The translations under genes and the position numbers were made by a program. From the IMG/VR virus record IMGVR_UViG_3300044557_000104, positions 32,001-96,000 of that record: DNA of 64,000 nt; one strand, 5' to 3'. Each line of letters begins with the position of its first letter. The stretch's first letter is position 1. The notes under the pieces were generated by a model. The model made no database searches and was not told where the DNA came from. It worked only from the letters and a program-made list of their open reading frames with translations. Positions 39,078 through 48,383 of this stretch are shown piece by piece. Origin of the DNA: a virus. Taxonomy: Duplodnaviria > Caudoviricetes.

Positions 39078-39686
39078 ATGGCAATGGCAGATGGTAGATA
39101 CTACCTAGATCGAATTGCACTAGAGATACAAGAAGCTGGTGCTACTGTTGCAGTTTATAAGTTTGCGGTTAACCCCCAACAGATTCAGGATACTACTCCA
39201 TCTCGTACCTATGTGCAGGAAACTGCTACTGCTGGTACAGTTCAACGGTTCGGTGCAGGTGTAGAAGCCTTCACCATTACTGGGACTACTGGGTGGAGAC
39301 ATGGTAAGGGTTTTGATGAAATTAATCAGCTTAAAGAGTTTGTTGGCTCTTATATGAATGAGTTCTCAGATAATATTGCTAAAGACTATACTTTCTTATT
39401 TCATAATTACACACAAGGCTATGATTATGTAGTGGACTTTGCACAGGAAGGTATCTCATTCTCCCAAGATGTTGCTAAGCCTTTATTTACTAACTACACG
39501 CTCCAATTGATTGTAGTTCGTCAAGCAGATCAAGCATCTTCCGGTGAGATTAGTAATACTACACTAGGTAATGACGCATCTTCCTTGGGTGGTGGAACAT
39601 CATCTAATGGGTACGTTAACCCTAATGTTTCTACTAAGGCAACATCATTAGCATATAATCAAATCTCATCTTCACTAGGATCCTAA
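39078..39686 (+). CDS. Baseplate / tail tube initiator protein
   Basis: MA.ADG...L.RIA, YKFAVNPQ, ITGTTG, FHNYT motifs of Herelleviridae baseplate genes. Confidence 0.7.
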   Translation: MAMADGRYYLDRIALEIQEAGATVAVYKFAVNPQQIQDTTPSRTYVQETATAGTVQRFGAGVEAFTITGTTGWRHGKGFDEINQLKEFVGSYMNEFSDNIAKDYTFLFHNYTQGYDYVVDFAQEGISFSQDVAKPLFTNYTLQLIVVRQADQASSGEISNTTLGNDASSLGGGTSSNGYVNPNVSTKATSLAYNQISSSLGS

Positions 39687-39701
39687 AGGTGGTGAAACCT
39701 A

Positions 39702-40211
39702 TTGAATTATGCCGTTGGCTTATATCTAACTTATCCCCAATATGATAGTGGACGAAACCTAATAATTTCAGAAACTGAATACAATGCTGATTTTACTAAT
39801 GAGGATAAGCAACCAGAGTTAAAGATATCTAAGTTAGCCTATAACTATTGGAAAACTAATATTTATACTAATGAATTAACATTTACACAATTAGATAACC
39901 ATTATATTATTAAGCAGTTCCTAGAATCAGATATAATGTCATCTCACCCCGGATATGACCGGGTGATAAAAATGTGTATGTTAGAGTTATCTGCACTCCA
40001 ATATTGTATGGCAAATAACACTGCTGATATTGAGTATATGTCTACCTCAGATATGGATCGAATTAAATCTAATTTAGAGATCATGTGTGATTATCTAGCA
40101 AATTATGATAAGTATCAAAAGTTTGTACCACGATTAAGAGAGTTTGAAGTATCAATTGGATATCTTCGTAACCAGCTCTACTTTATCTCAACCGCCACAA
40201 ATTATCGTTAG
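39702..40211 (+). CDS. Virion (baseplate-module) hypothetical protein
   Basis: Synteny; SD AAGGTGGTG. Confidence 0.65.
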   Translation: MNYAVGLYLTYPQYDSGRNLIISETEYNADFTNEDKQPELKISKLAYNYWKTNIYTNELTFTQLDNHYIIKQFLESDIMSSHPGYDRVIKMCMLELSALQYCMANNTADIEYMSTSDMDRIKSNLEIMCDYLANYDKYQKFVPRLREFEVSIGYLRNQLYFISTATNYR

Positions 40212-40321
40212 ACCACAGAATGTGTCCAACTCCTATAAGAGGCTGGGCATTTTTCTATATTAAAGATAGAGTTGATAAATCAGAATTGTAGTATAATAAG
40301 TATATGGAGGTGTAACCACAA

Positions 40322-41026
40322 GTGTCAATTTATCGTAAGTATTTAATTAAACAAGGTGATACTATTCAAAATGTCGCCTTTATTATGCTTAATGATATAG
40401 ACCGTTGGGAAGATATTGTAACCCTTAACGATCTAGAATATCCATATATTGTGCAGACTAATGCAGAACGTATGAAAAACCCCGAACACCTCCGGACATT
40501 AGGTGATGAGGTTTTAATCCCTAATGATGGGGTAACACTAGAAGAGATAGAAAAACGCAATTTAACCTTGTCTAATAAAGGACGAATTGCAAATAACTAC
40601 TATGATATGACTATGGGAATGGATATGTATTTAGATGTATCCAAAGGTGATCGAAGAGAGTTTATTGGACAGCTAGTTGGTAACAACCGAGATGTAGCTA
40701 CTGTAACTGGAATTAATAATTTAAGACAAAGTTTAGTATTACGTCTATTAACTCGTTATGGGACTCTTTATCGACACCCTAACTATGGGTCACGAATCCC
40801 TAATTATATAGGAAAACCAATTGAATCAAATACCTTACAGGATATAACCACGGAAGCTAAGCGTACCATTACAACAGATGAGCGTGTTAAAACAGTTAAG
40901 ATTGCCCAAGCAATTGCAGATGGAGACACAATCTATATGGAGTTCTATATTACCCCGTTGAATGAAGACGAAGCCTTTACCTTATTCCTGTATCGAGCAG
41001 AGGACGGTGATATTCACATTGAGTAA
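40322..41026 (+). CDS. Baseplate wedge protein (LysM-like N-terminus plus gp25-like domain)
   Basis: IKQGDTIQ..A...W..I..LN.L.YP; G..NL.QS...RLLT..G.L..HPNYGS. Confidence 0.85.
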   Translation: MSIYRKYLIKQGDTIQNVAFIMLNDIDRWEDIVTLNDLEYPYIVQTNAERMKNPEHLRTLGDEVLIPNDGVTLEEIEKRNLTLSNKGRIANNYYDMTMGMDMYLDVSKGDRREFIGQLVGNNRDVATVTGINNLRQSLVLRLLTRYGTLYRHPNYGSRIPNYIGKPIESNTLQDITTEAKRTITTDERVKTVKIAQAIADGDTIYMEFYITPLNEDEAFTLFLYRAEDGDIHIE

Positions 41027-42386
41027 TGATCTTTTAAATGTATCTACAGATGATAATGAAATGACTTATAAGAAAGCATCTCAAGTCTTATCTAGTCTGA
41101 TTGATGATACATTAATTAACACAGATAAAATTAATGATTTTACAGAAGGTAGTATCTCACGAACCCTATATGAAGCAGAAGCTACTGAATTAGAAATGCT
41201 TTATTATTTAACTCGTGAGAACATGAAGACTGCAATTGATAAGTCAGTCCTTACTAGTTTTGGTTTTGAACCAAAGAAAGCTACTTATGCTTATGGCAAT
41301 GTCCGTGTGTCATTTAATAATCCTTTAGCTAATACGATATACTTACCTAAAGGAACTATTTTTACTAGTAGTCAAGACATTTATGACCAACGTTATGTCA
41401 CCATGGACGAGTATAAGATTCCTAAGGGTACAGGAGCGTTTGAGGTTCCAGTGTACTGTACTGAAACAGGTACCTATGGAAATGTACCAGAGGGTGTTAT
41501 AGACACCACCAGCAGTATGTCAGGTATCTCTGAGGTAACTAACCCACAATCGTTCTTGACTGGTACTGATAATGAGACCAGTGCAGATATGAAAGTAAGA
41601 TTCCGTGACATGCTCCAAGCGTTAAATCGTGGGACTACTCAATCATTAAAGAATGCAGTTATGAATGTAGAAGGTATTGCTGGTTGTTACGTCTATGAAT
41701 CTACCTATGGTGCAGTTGGGATTTATTGCCATGATAATAATGGTGACCTAAGTACAGATTTACAAAAAGCAGTTGCTAACGCTCTAGTAGATTGGCGACC
41801 GGCAGGTATTCGAGTTTATGTATTCCCAACTCATAAATCTATTGTTCAAGCCCAGATTGGAATTTCAGTATCTGATATCGGTCTAGAAGACCCCAACTTT
41901 CTTACTATGGTTAAGCAAAAGATTGAAGCTTATATTAATAGTTTGAGCGTGGGAGTATCAATTTATAAAAGTGACCTAATTCAGAAAGTAATGGATATTA
42001 GTGATTTAGGAATTGTAAACTGTACCATGGATTTATCAGTTACCCCAGATGAAGCTCTATTAGATAAACAATACATTGGTGATGAAACTGTTATTAATGT
42101 TAAGGGTGTAGAAGTTAATCAAAAGTATTTACGAGCACCTGATATTACTAATGATGCCACGTATGGTATGGTAGGGGTCACAAACACCAATATAGATGAT
42201 TATGGCAAGGTTAGCTATAAAGATGCCAATGTAATTAAAAATGGCACCACGACTACTTTAGACCCTGTGGTGGTAACAGACCATTACAATACTAATCCCA
42301 ATGAGATTTTACGTGCAGGAACTATTACAGTTAACTTGTTAACTACTAATGACACAACCCTAGATGATAATGAAACAGGAAAGTAG
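41019..42386 (+). CDS. Baseplate J-like protein
   Basis: DFTEGS..R...EA, GT.GNV..G.I, TNPQSF.TGTD.E, RPAGI motifs; TTG 41019 has an SD. Confidence 0.88.
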   Translation: MSNDLLNVSTDDNEMTYKKASQVLSSLIDDTLINTDKINDFTEGSISRTLYEAEATELEMLYYLTRENMKTAIDKSVLTSFGFEPKKATYAYGNVRVSFNNPLANTIYLPKGTIFTSSQDIYDQRYVTMDEYKIPKGTGAFEVPVYCTETGTYGNVPEGVIDTTSSMSGISEVTNPQSFLTGTDNETSADMKVRFRDMLQALNRGTTQSLKNAVMNVEGIAGCYVYESTYGAVGIYCHDNNGDLSTDLQKAVANALVDWRPAGIRVYVFPTHKSIVQAQIGISVSDIGLEDPNFLTMVKQKIEAYINSLSVGVSIYKSDLIQKVMDISDLGIVNCTMDLSVTPDEALLDKQYIGDETVINVKGVEVNQKYLRAPDITNDATYGMVGVTNTNIDDYGKVSYKDANVIKNGTTTTLDPVVVTDHYNTNPNEILRAGTITVNLLTTNDTTLDDNETGK

Positions 42387-42397
42387 GTGATATCTAA

Positions 42398-45163
42398 ATG
42401 TCAATTGAAGACTTTCTGCACCCATTGTGGAAACGTAGCTTAGAACTAGACAAAAATAATCTAAATACTACTGTATTACGTGAAATTCAAAAGCCACTTT
42501 CACAAGCAGAACAGGATATCATAGCTTCCCGTATTCAATTATCTGTGGACACTGCTACTTCCTACTGGTTAGATTATTGGGGTAGCTGGTTAGGATTACA
42601 CCGAATTAATGGTTGGACAGATGATGAATATCGTGAGCACCTAAAACACCATGTGTTACACCCTAGGAACACTATTCCTGCTTTGCAACAAGCAGTAGCA
42701 GACTTCCTAAATACAGATAAAGCTAATATCCATATCTATGAACCATTTATGGATATGCTAATCTGGAATAAGTCCAACTATAATAGTTTTGCTTACTTCC
42801 CTAGCACTTACTACAGATATGCAGTGATTGATGTTCAAATTGATGCACCTTATGATAAAACAGTAGCAGAGATTATTAATCTGTTTCGACCTGCTGGGGT
42901 AATTTGGGTAATTACATCTAAGATTAATAGTTTTAGTGATGAAGCTCCCATTATTCCTATGGGAATTAGAAATGCTAGATACCCATTTTTATCATATGAT
43001 ACGAATTATGCTGGATTTGAATCACGAGATACCGGACGGATTGTTCCTAGCTTAGATAATACCTTAACAGTAGATGATCCGTTTATCTACAACGACAATA
43101 AATCATTACTTAATGAAGGTAAAAAGTATGCTGGTGGTAATAGTAACCATAATAATGTAGCCAGTGTAGGACAATTAGTTAGAAGCTACACTCCACTAGG
43201 AACAGATGAGTTTAGTGATACTAGAGCATATGTAGAACAACTTACCCACCAAGACCGAGTTGCTGTTTCTACTCGCGATAACAATGCTAAAACATTTACA
43301 CTTTCACCAGCTAAACTTAACTTAGTGCAAGGCACTACTAGTGATGACATTAACTATAACCTATTCACAGGAACTTCTGGACCATTTGTAATGGGCTATG
43401 GTATTCCTAATACGTCATGGAACGATGGCTATGCTTACCTGAAATTACCAACCACCCTTATAAATGCTGATGAAATTCTTCCGCAAGACCCACACACCTT
43501 TTACCATACCCTGACTCAAGGAGTAACCTATACTCAAACAATATGGTTTGAGACCGATGCAACTGTCAAAGATTTGGGTGCGACTCAAATTACATGGTTT
43601 ACGGGGGCAGGGCATGATGTCCAACCGGCAATGATTCAAAAGCTAGGTCAAAATAGCTATAAGCTCTACTCGACTTATATGTGGCCCGGCAAGAGTAATA
43701 ATGATGTGCGATTGTTTGATATTGAAAATTTAAATTCCGCTTTTGATTTAAGCACAGGAACATATTTGAAGTTTGGAAAGCTCAAATTAGAAAAAGGTAG
43801 TGTAGCTACTCCGTGGTGCCTGTCACAATCTGAAATTACTGATCCACAGTATTTTCGTAAGCAAACATTAGCTGGTAAATCACCTAACACTATTCCAGAT
43901 GTGGTAGGAACCAACCTATTAATGGGTACTGATCAAGATTTTGTGGTTGATGATACTGCTAACACCGGTACGCAAGGTTGGTGTTTCCATGTATTTAGCT
44001 TAACGCAACAGCTCAGAGTTGGTGATCAGATTACTGTGTCTGCCGAGGGGACGTTAAGTGGTCGAGGAGATCTAAGCACCTATGAGGCAATCTTGTATGA
44101 TTCTAATATAAGTACTTCGCGGAGCAATTCTAAGCGTTTAACCGCTGGGAAAAGATCAAGCGCAACCCTTGAAGTTAATAATCTTAATGGTACGGGTGAT
44201 ACAGTCCTACTTATTTATGCGGGTAATATCACTGATACTGAGGGCAAAAAGAATGTCATTCATCATCTAAAAGTTGAAAAAGGCAGTGTAGCTACTGATT
44301 GGTGTCCTAATATTAAAGACTCCCTAGTTAACTCTTTGGCATATAAAGGATACCTTTTAGATGCTTCATTAAAAACAAATACTACTTATGATATTGGATT
44401 AACTGGATATAGCTCCTCTACCTTTACTCAATCAAATGTTAAGTTCTACATTAATGGCAATACTCCTATTAGTGCAGTACTGAAATCATCCTTAGATAAT
44501 AAATCTACTTGGTATACTGCTAGTTTTACTACCCCAGAGGACTTTGTAAGTGATAGGATAATTGCTATATCTTTAGAGGGGATTGATAGTGCTCCTGATT
44601 TCACCTATTCTAACCTAGTAGTTAGGGAACATGATGCTACTAGACCACTGTATTATAGTATGAATAAGAATGATACCCAGAAGGATTATGGACTTACTGG
44701 TATCTATGATGTTAAAGGGTTTATTAACACTTATAAAACACCATTAGATAGTAATGCTACTAACCAAACAATCAACGATATGTTCTCAAGTAAAAATATG
44801 ATGTTTACTGTTAAGAGCTTAGCTACTACTAATGATGTAACTATTAAAATTCAGATGTATAATTTTAAAATTAATATGTGGGTAACTCAAGACACTCAAA
44901 TAGTCACTAAAGACTATAAAGATATCATGTTAACAATTAATGATATTACCCCATATTTAAACGATAATGGTGTTCTGTTCTACCAAGTAATCCCAGAGAC
45001 TAAAAACTATCTAGTAGTTAATTATCTAGGATTATCAGTAACTAAACGAAGTGACACCCCAGATACTAGCTATCTAGTTAACCAAGATGGGTGTGGAGCA
45101 GAAATACCAGAAGCACCTAATACAATTGGTAGTGCAGTAATAGGTGAATCTGAACTAGCTTAA
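42398..45163 (+). CDS. Baseplate wedge (gpI-like) protein with inserted carbohydrate-binding modules
   Basis: LHPLW, TAT..WLDYWG.W.G..R, YYRYAVID, FRPAGV N-terminal motifs; internal NL..GT...KLEKGSVATPW domains. Confidence 0.8.
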   Translation: MSIEDFLHPLWKRSLELDKNNLNTTVLREIQKPLSQAEQDIIASRIQLSVDTATSYWLDYWGSWLGLHRINGWTDDEYREHLKHHVLHPRNTIPALQQAVADFLNTDKANIHIYEPFMDMLIWNKSNYNSFAYFPSTYYRYAVIDVQIDAPYDKTVAEIINLFRPAGVIWVITSKINSFSDEAPIIPMGIRNARYPFLSYDTNYAGFESRDTGRIVPSLDNTLTVDDPFIYNDNKSLLNEGKKYAGGNSNHNNVASVGQLVRSYTPLGTDEFSDTRAYVEQLTHQDRVAVSTRDNNAKTFTLSPAKLNLVQGTTSDDINYNLFTGTSGPFVMGYGIPNTSWNDGYAYLKLPTTLINADEILPQDPHTFYHTLTQGVTYTQTIWFETDATVKDLGATQITWFTGAGHDVQPAMIQKLGQNSYKLYSTYMWPGKSNNDVRLFDIENLNSAFDLSTGTYLKFGKLKLEKGSVATPWCLSQSEITDPQYFRKQTLAGKSPNTIPDVVGTNLLMGTDQDFVVDDTANTGTQGWCFHVFSLTQQLRVGDQITVSAEGTLSGRGDLSTYEAILYDSNISTSRSNSKRLTAGKRSSATLEVNNLNGTGDTVLLIYAGNITDTEGKKNVIHHLKVEKGSVATDWCPNIKDSLVNSLAYKGYLLDASLKTNTTYDIGLTGYSSSTFTQSNVKFYINGNTPISAVLKSSLDNKSTWYTASFTTPEDFVSDRIIAISLEGIDSAPDFTYSNLVVREHDATRPLYYSMNKNDTQKDYGLTGIYDVKGFINTYKTPLDSNATNQTINDMFSSKNMMFTVKSLATTNDVTIKIQMYNFKINMWVTQDTQIVTKDYKDIMLTINDITPYLNDNGVLFYQVIPETKNYLVVNYLGLSVTKRSDTPDTSYLVNQDGCGAEIPEAPNTIGSAVIGESELA

Positions 45164-45188
45164 AACAAGAAAGGATGTGCAACAATAA

Positions 45189-45379
45189 TTGGCATTAGAT
45201 CAATGGGAAGATAAAGAACTGATTACAAAGGCTAAAATGAATGCAATGGTGGACGCCATTAATGAAAATACCACTAGAATTGCTCAGGTACCTGACGATA
45301 CTATTAATTTCATATCGTCACCCAATCACAGTATGATGCACTAACTGACAAGTCCGGCGTCTATTTTATTGAGGGGTGA
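45189..45379 (+). pseudogene. Small tail-associated gene with a frame break near 45310
   Basis: TTG 45189 (SD AAGGA) reads MALDQWEDKELITKAKMN... to a stop at 45344, while a HIVTQSQYDALTDKSGVYFIEG* tail-fibre-like motif lies in another frame ending at 45379. Confidence 0.5.
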
Positions 45380-45383
45380 GCGA

Positions 45384-45887
45384 ATGACAACAATAAATGG
45401 TAGAGTGTGTGTTGTTAATGGCGTGGCAGTAGACAAGGTGTTCAGCAATGGCAAGCAAGTTTATGGACGTAACTTACTATTAGACACGCAGAGCTTTGAA
45501 AGTAACTGGTCATGGAACAGTATCGAGCACATTTTTGCTAATGGATTTCTCACGCTATCTAGTACGAACAATGGCAGAATGTATCAAGCTATAGCCAGTG
45601 GAAATCCTAATGGTAAGACTGTCTCGGTATCTTTCAATGCAAAAATTAGTGCCGATTGTGACAGCCAGTCAGTACAAGTAAATGTTGGCCCTTATGACGC
45701 CAATAAATTGATCAATATAACTAGTAAAGATTCCCAACTCTATAAAGTAGAAAATTGGCAATGGGCAAGCCAAACTAGAACGTTCAGTTTATATGTTATT
45801 AATGGAAAAGTTGATATATCCAATCTGAAGTTGGAGTATGGTGTAGCTACACCTTGGACGCCTGCACCAGAAGACGTATTAAAATAG
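45384..45887 (+). CDS. Tail-associated protein with a carbohydrate-binding-like domain
   Basis: SD GAGGGG; VYGRNLL...LKLEYGVATPWTPAPED, a module typical of lactic-acid-bacteria siphophage tail proteins. Confidence 0.75.
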   Translation: MTTINGRVCVVNGVAVDKVFSNGKQVYGRNLLLDTQSFESNWSWNSIEHIFANGFLTLSSTNNGRMYQAIASGNPNGKTVSVSFNAKISADCDSQSVQVNVGPYDANKLINITSKDSQLYKVENWQWASQTRTFSLYVINGKVDISNLKLEYGVATPWTPAPEDVLK

Positions 45888-45951
45888 GAAGTAGACAATT
45901 GAACAAGCACAATTTAAAGGCACCCATCTTAACGGTGGGCGCCCTTTTTAT

Positions 45952-46210
45952 AAAGAAAAGTTGAGAAAACACGTTACTTTAGTTGCGTGATAAATCAACT
46001 AGTAGTATACTAAGAACCATAAAGACATTGAGTGACCTTAGATGCGAAAACCAAGTATCTTAATAAGTTGCTTAAAAGTCTTTAAGTAAACTAATATGGG
46101 CTGGGACAGCCCTTAGTAAATAGCTGTAACCTCTACCTAGAGTTAGTAATAACCTAGGCAAGTATGCAGTGTTCCTAGAAGCATGGGAATTTATTCCCAG
46201 AGTAGTTCAC
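45952..46210 (+). mobile_element. Non-autonomous IS200/IS605-family mini-element carrying only an omegaRNA scaffold
   Basis: Inserted after TTTAT (45947-45951); left-end hairpin 45970-45989; right-end hairpin 46184-46199; terminal TTCAC; 46096-46210 is homologous to the tnpB 3' region. Confidence 0.75.
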
Positions 46211-46226
46211 GACACCCAAGTAATTG
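46096..46226 (+). ncRNA. TnpB omegaRNA (reRNA) copy 1, guide starting GACACCCAAG
   Basis: Shares ATGGGCTGGGACAGCCCTTAGTAAATAGC..TAACCTCTAC...GCAAGTATG...TGTTCCTAGAA...GAGTAGT with 47685-47803, including compensatory changes. Confidence 0.72.
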
Positions 46227-46297
46227 TAGATAATCCAACAGATGTAACTGTAGATAATACTAATGATTCTACTGGGGTAACAGCTAAATAAATGATT

Positions 46298-46327
46298 AAT
46301 ACCCACCTAATCAATGGTGGGTATTTT
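46298..46327 (+). terminator. Intrinsic terminator fused to a late promoter
   Basis: AATACCCACC-loop-GGTGGGTATT-TT then CTATATTA. Confidence 0.7.
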
Positions 46328-46428
46328 CTATATTAATAAGTAGCGAGAATGCCTTAGCGAAACTAATGGAATACATGAATGCTAATGGTAGGTCAATCAA
46401 CAACACAAACTATTTAAAAATAATATCG

Positions 46429-46437
46429 TGTTATAAT
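46429..46437 (+). promoter_or_regulatory. Extended -10 promoter upstream of tnpB
   Basis: TG-T-TATAAT. Confidence 0.6.
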
Positions 46438-46528
46438 AGAATATGAGGAGTTACCTATAACATTGTTACCCTCTATAGGGTACAATGTGTACATAAACAC
46501 AATAATTCTTGAAAAGAGGTGGCACAGC

Positions 46529-47668
46529 ATGACTTTAAAAGGAGTTAAACTAAGAATATATCCTAATAAAGAGCAACAGTTAAAAATTAAACTTAATTTT
46601 GGGTATAACAGATTCGTTTGGAATCAAATGTTAAATATGATGATTACTAGATATAAGAATAATCCAGAATTAAGATTTCCAAGTGCTTTCACCCTTAACT
46701 ATTTGTTACCAGCAATGAAGGAAGAGTATCCTTGGTTAAAAGATGCAGAGAGTCAGAGTTTGCAACAAACCTGTAAAGACTTAGTAGAATCCTATAAGAA
46801 GTTCTTTAAATTACATCAAGGCTTTCCTAAATTTAAATCTCGTAAGTATCCTAAGAAAAGCTACCGGTCTACTACGCGTATTAGGTTAATTGATAACCAT
46901 CATATTAGATTACCTAAACTTGATATTGTATATTTTAAATCTGGAAGATACCCTAAAGGTAAAATCAAGAATGTAACTATCAGATTGTCTTCAACTGGTA
47001 AGTATTATGCAGTTTTACTAGTTGATACAGATATTAATAGTCTTCCTAAAACTACTGAATCTGTAGGAATTGATATGGGAGTAGCTGATCTAATGGTTAC
47101 TAGTGATGGTACCAAATACCCCACGATTAGATTTGATAAAATCCTAAGTAAAAAGAAACACTATTGGGAGAAACGGTTAGCACGTAGGAGACTACAAGCA
47201 CAAGCTCAAATAGCTTGGGATAAGCATAATAAAGTACTGGAACCACGTGAGTTATCAGACTTTAATAATTATCTAAAAGCTAAGTGCATGGTAGCTAAGT
47301 ACAATGAAAAGATTGCTAATCAAAGAAAAGATTATCTCCATAAACTAACAAAGTCTCTAGTAGAACAATATGATGTGATTAAGATTGAAGATTTGAAAAC
47401 CAAAAATCTTCTTAAAAATCATAAATTATCTAGAGCAATTGCTAATCAGTCATGGAGAGAATTACGTACTCAGTTAGAATATAAATGTGAATGGTATGGA
47501 AAACAATTAGTCATTGTTAACCCCCGTAAAACATCACAAATTTGTTCTAATTGTGGTTATGATGATGGTAAACATACATTAGACATTAGACAGTGGGCTT
47601 GTCCACAATGTCATACTCATCATGATAGAGACATCAACGCTGCTAAGAATATCTTAGCTAGTGAATAA
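46529..47668 (+). CDS. tnpB: RNA-guided endonuclease TnpB (IS200/IS605 family, IS1341-like, no tnpA in window)
   Basis: HTH KLRIYPN.EQ; RuvC-I VGIDMG, RuvC-II IEDL, Zn finger CSNC/CPQC, RuvC-III DRDINAA all intact; SD AGAGGTGG before ATG 46529. Confidence 0.95.
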   Translation: MTLKGVKLRIYPNKEQQLKIKLNFGYNRFVWNQMLNMMITRYKNNPELRFPSAFTLNYLLPAMKEEYPWLKDAESQSLQQTCKDLVESYKKFFKLHQGFPKFKSRKYPKKSYRSTTRIRLIDNHHIRLPKLDIVYFKSGRYPKGKIKNVTIRLSSTGKYYAVLLVDTDINSLPKTTESVGIDMGVADLMVTSDGTKYPTIRFDKILSKKKHYWEKRLARRRLQAQAQIAWDKHNKVLEPRELSDFNNYLKAKCMVAKYNEKIANQRKDYLHKLTKSLVEQYDVIKIEDLKTKNLLKNHKLSRAIANQSWRELRTQLEYKCEWYGKQLVIVNPRKTSQICSNCGYDDGKHTLDIRQWACPQCHTHHDRDINAAKNILASE

Positions 47669-47684
47669 CTAATAAAGGACTAAC

Positions 47685-47820
47685 ATGGGCTGGGACAGCC
47701 CTTAGTAAATAGCCATAACCTCTACTTGATTATCTTAGATATTTAAGCAAGTATGTGGTGTTCCTAGAAACTCAATAAAATAATAAAGCAATGAGTAGTC
47801 CATAATAGAATATAGATAGT
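47685..47820 (+). ncRNA. TnpB omegaRNA copy 2, guide starting AATAGAATAT
   Basis: Directly downstream of tnpB; aligns with copy 1 up to GAGTAGTCCAT (47803). Confidence 0.72.
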
Positions 47821-47836
47821 AAGGAGGCTACAAAGT

Positions 47837-48367
47837 TTGGCAATTGAAACAAACGTAGGGCACATTACACAAGCAATTAATTTTAGTGCCCATAAAGACC
47901 TGTTCCTAGAATTAGGAAAACCTACTGATTGGACAGACCCTAAAAATCCAGATAATGAAAATGCAACAACTACGGATTTAGCAGATTCACAAGCATTTAT
48001 TAAGATAAATTCTGTGTATTTAGTAGCAGAAAGTGATGTTACTGATAGTACTGAGGTGGCTGGTGATTCCTATATTATATATAAAGGAAAGCATTGGTTA
48101 ATTAGTACCACGGATAAGGCAATTGCAGATAACGCATGTTATGTATTGGTAGAAGGAACATTGGGTGTTAGTGCGCTTGAACCGTTTAAGTTTACACAGA
48201 TTGGTGTTCGTCAAGGAACTGTATTTGCAGACTCTGTTAAAAATAACACGGTTGCTAAGTCTAGTGATGTTACTACTAAAGGTAGCTTATTGTTCTATGA
48301 AAATAGAATGTTAGAAACCTATACAGATGCTACTGCTAAAGATATTAAATATCTAATGAGATTTTAG
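47837..48367 (+). CDS. Baseplate structural protein
   Basis: MAIETN..H, LGK.T.W.D..NP, YKGK.W, FYENR motifs; synteny. Confidence 0.75.
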   Translation: MAIETNVGHITQAINFSAHKDLFLELGKPTDWTDPKNPDNENATTTDLADSQAFIKINSVYLVAESDVTDSTEVAGDSYIIYKGKHWLISTTDKAIADNACYVLVEGTLGVSALEPFKFTQIGVRQGTVFADSVKNNTVAKSSDVTTKGSLLFYENRMLETYTDATAKDIKYLMRF

Positions 48368-48383
48368 AAAGTGAGGGACATGA

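Noticed and set aside
46529-47668. Nuclease-dead TldR or Cas12f
   Set aside because: All three RuvC acidic residues are present and there is no CRISPR array
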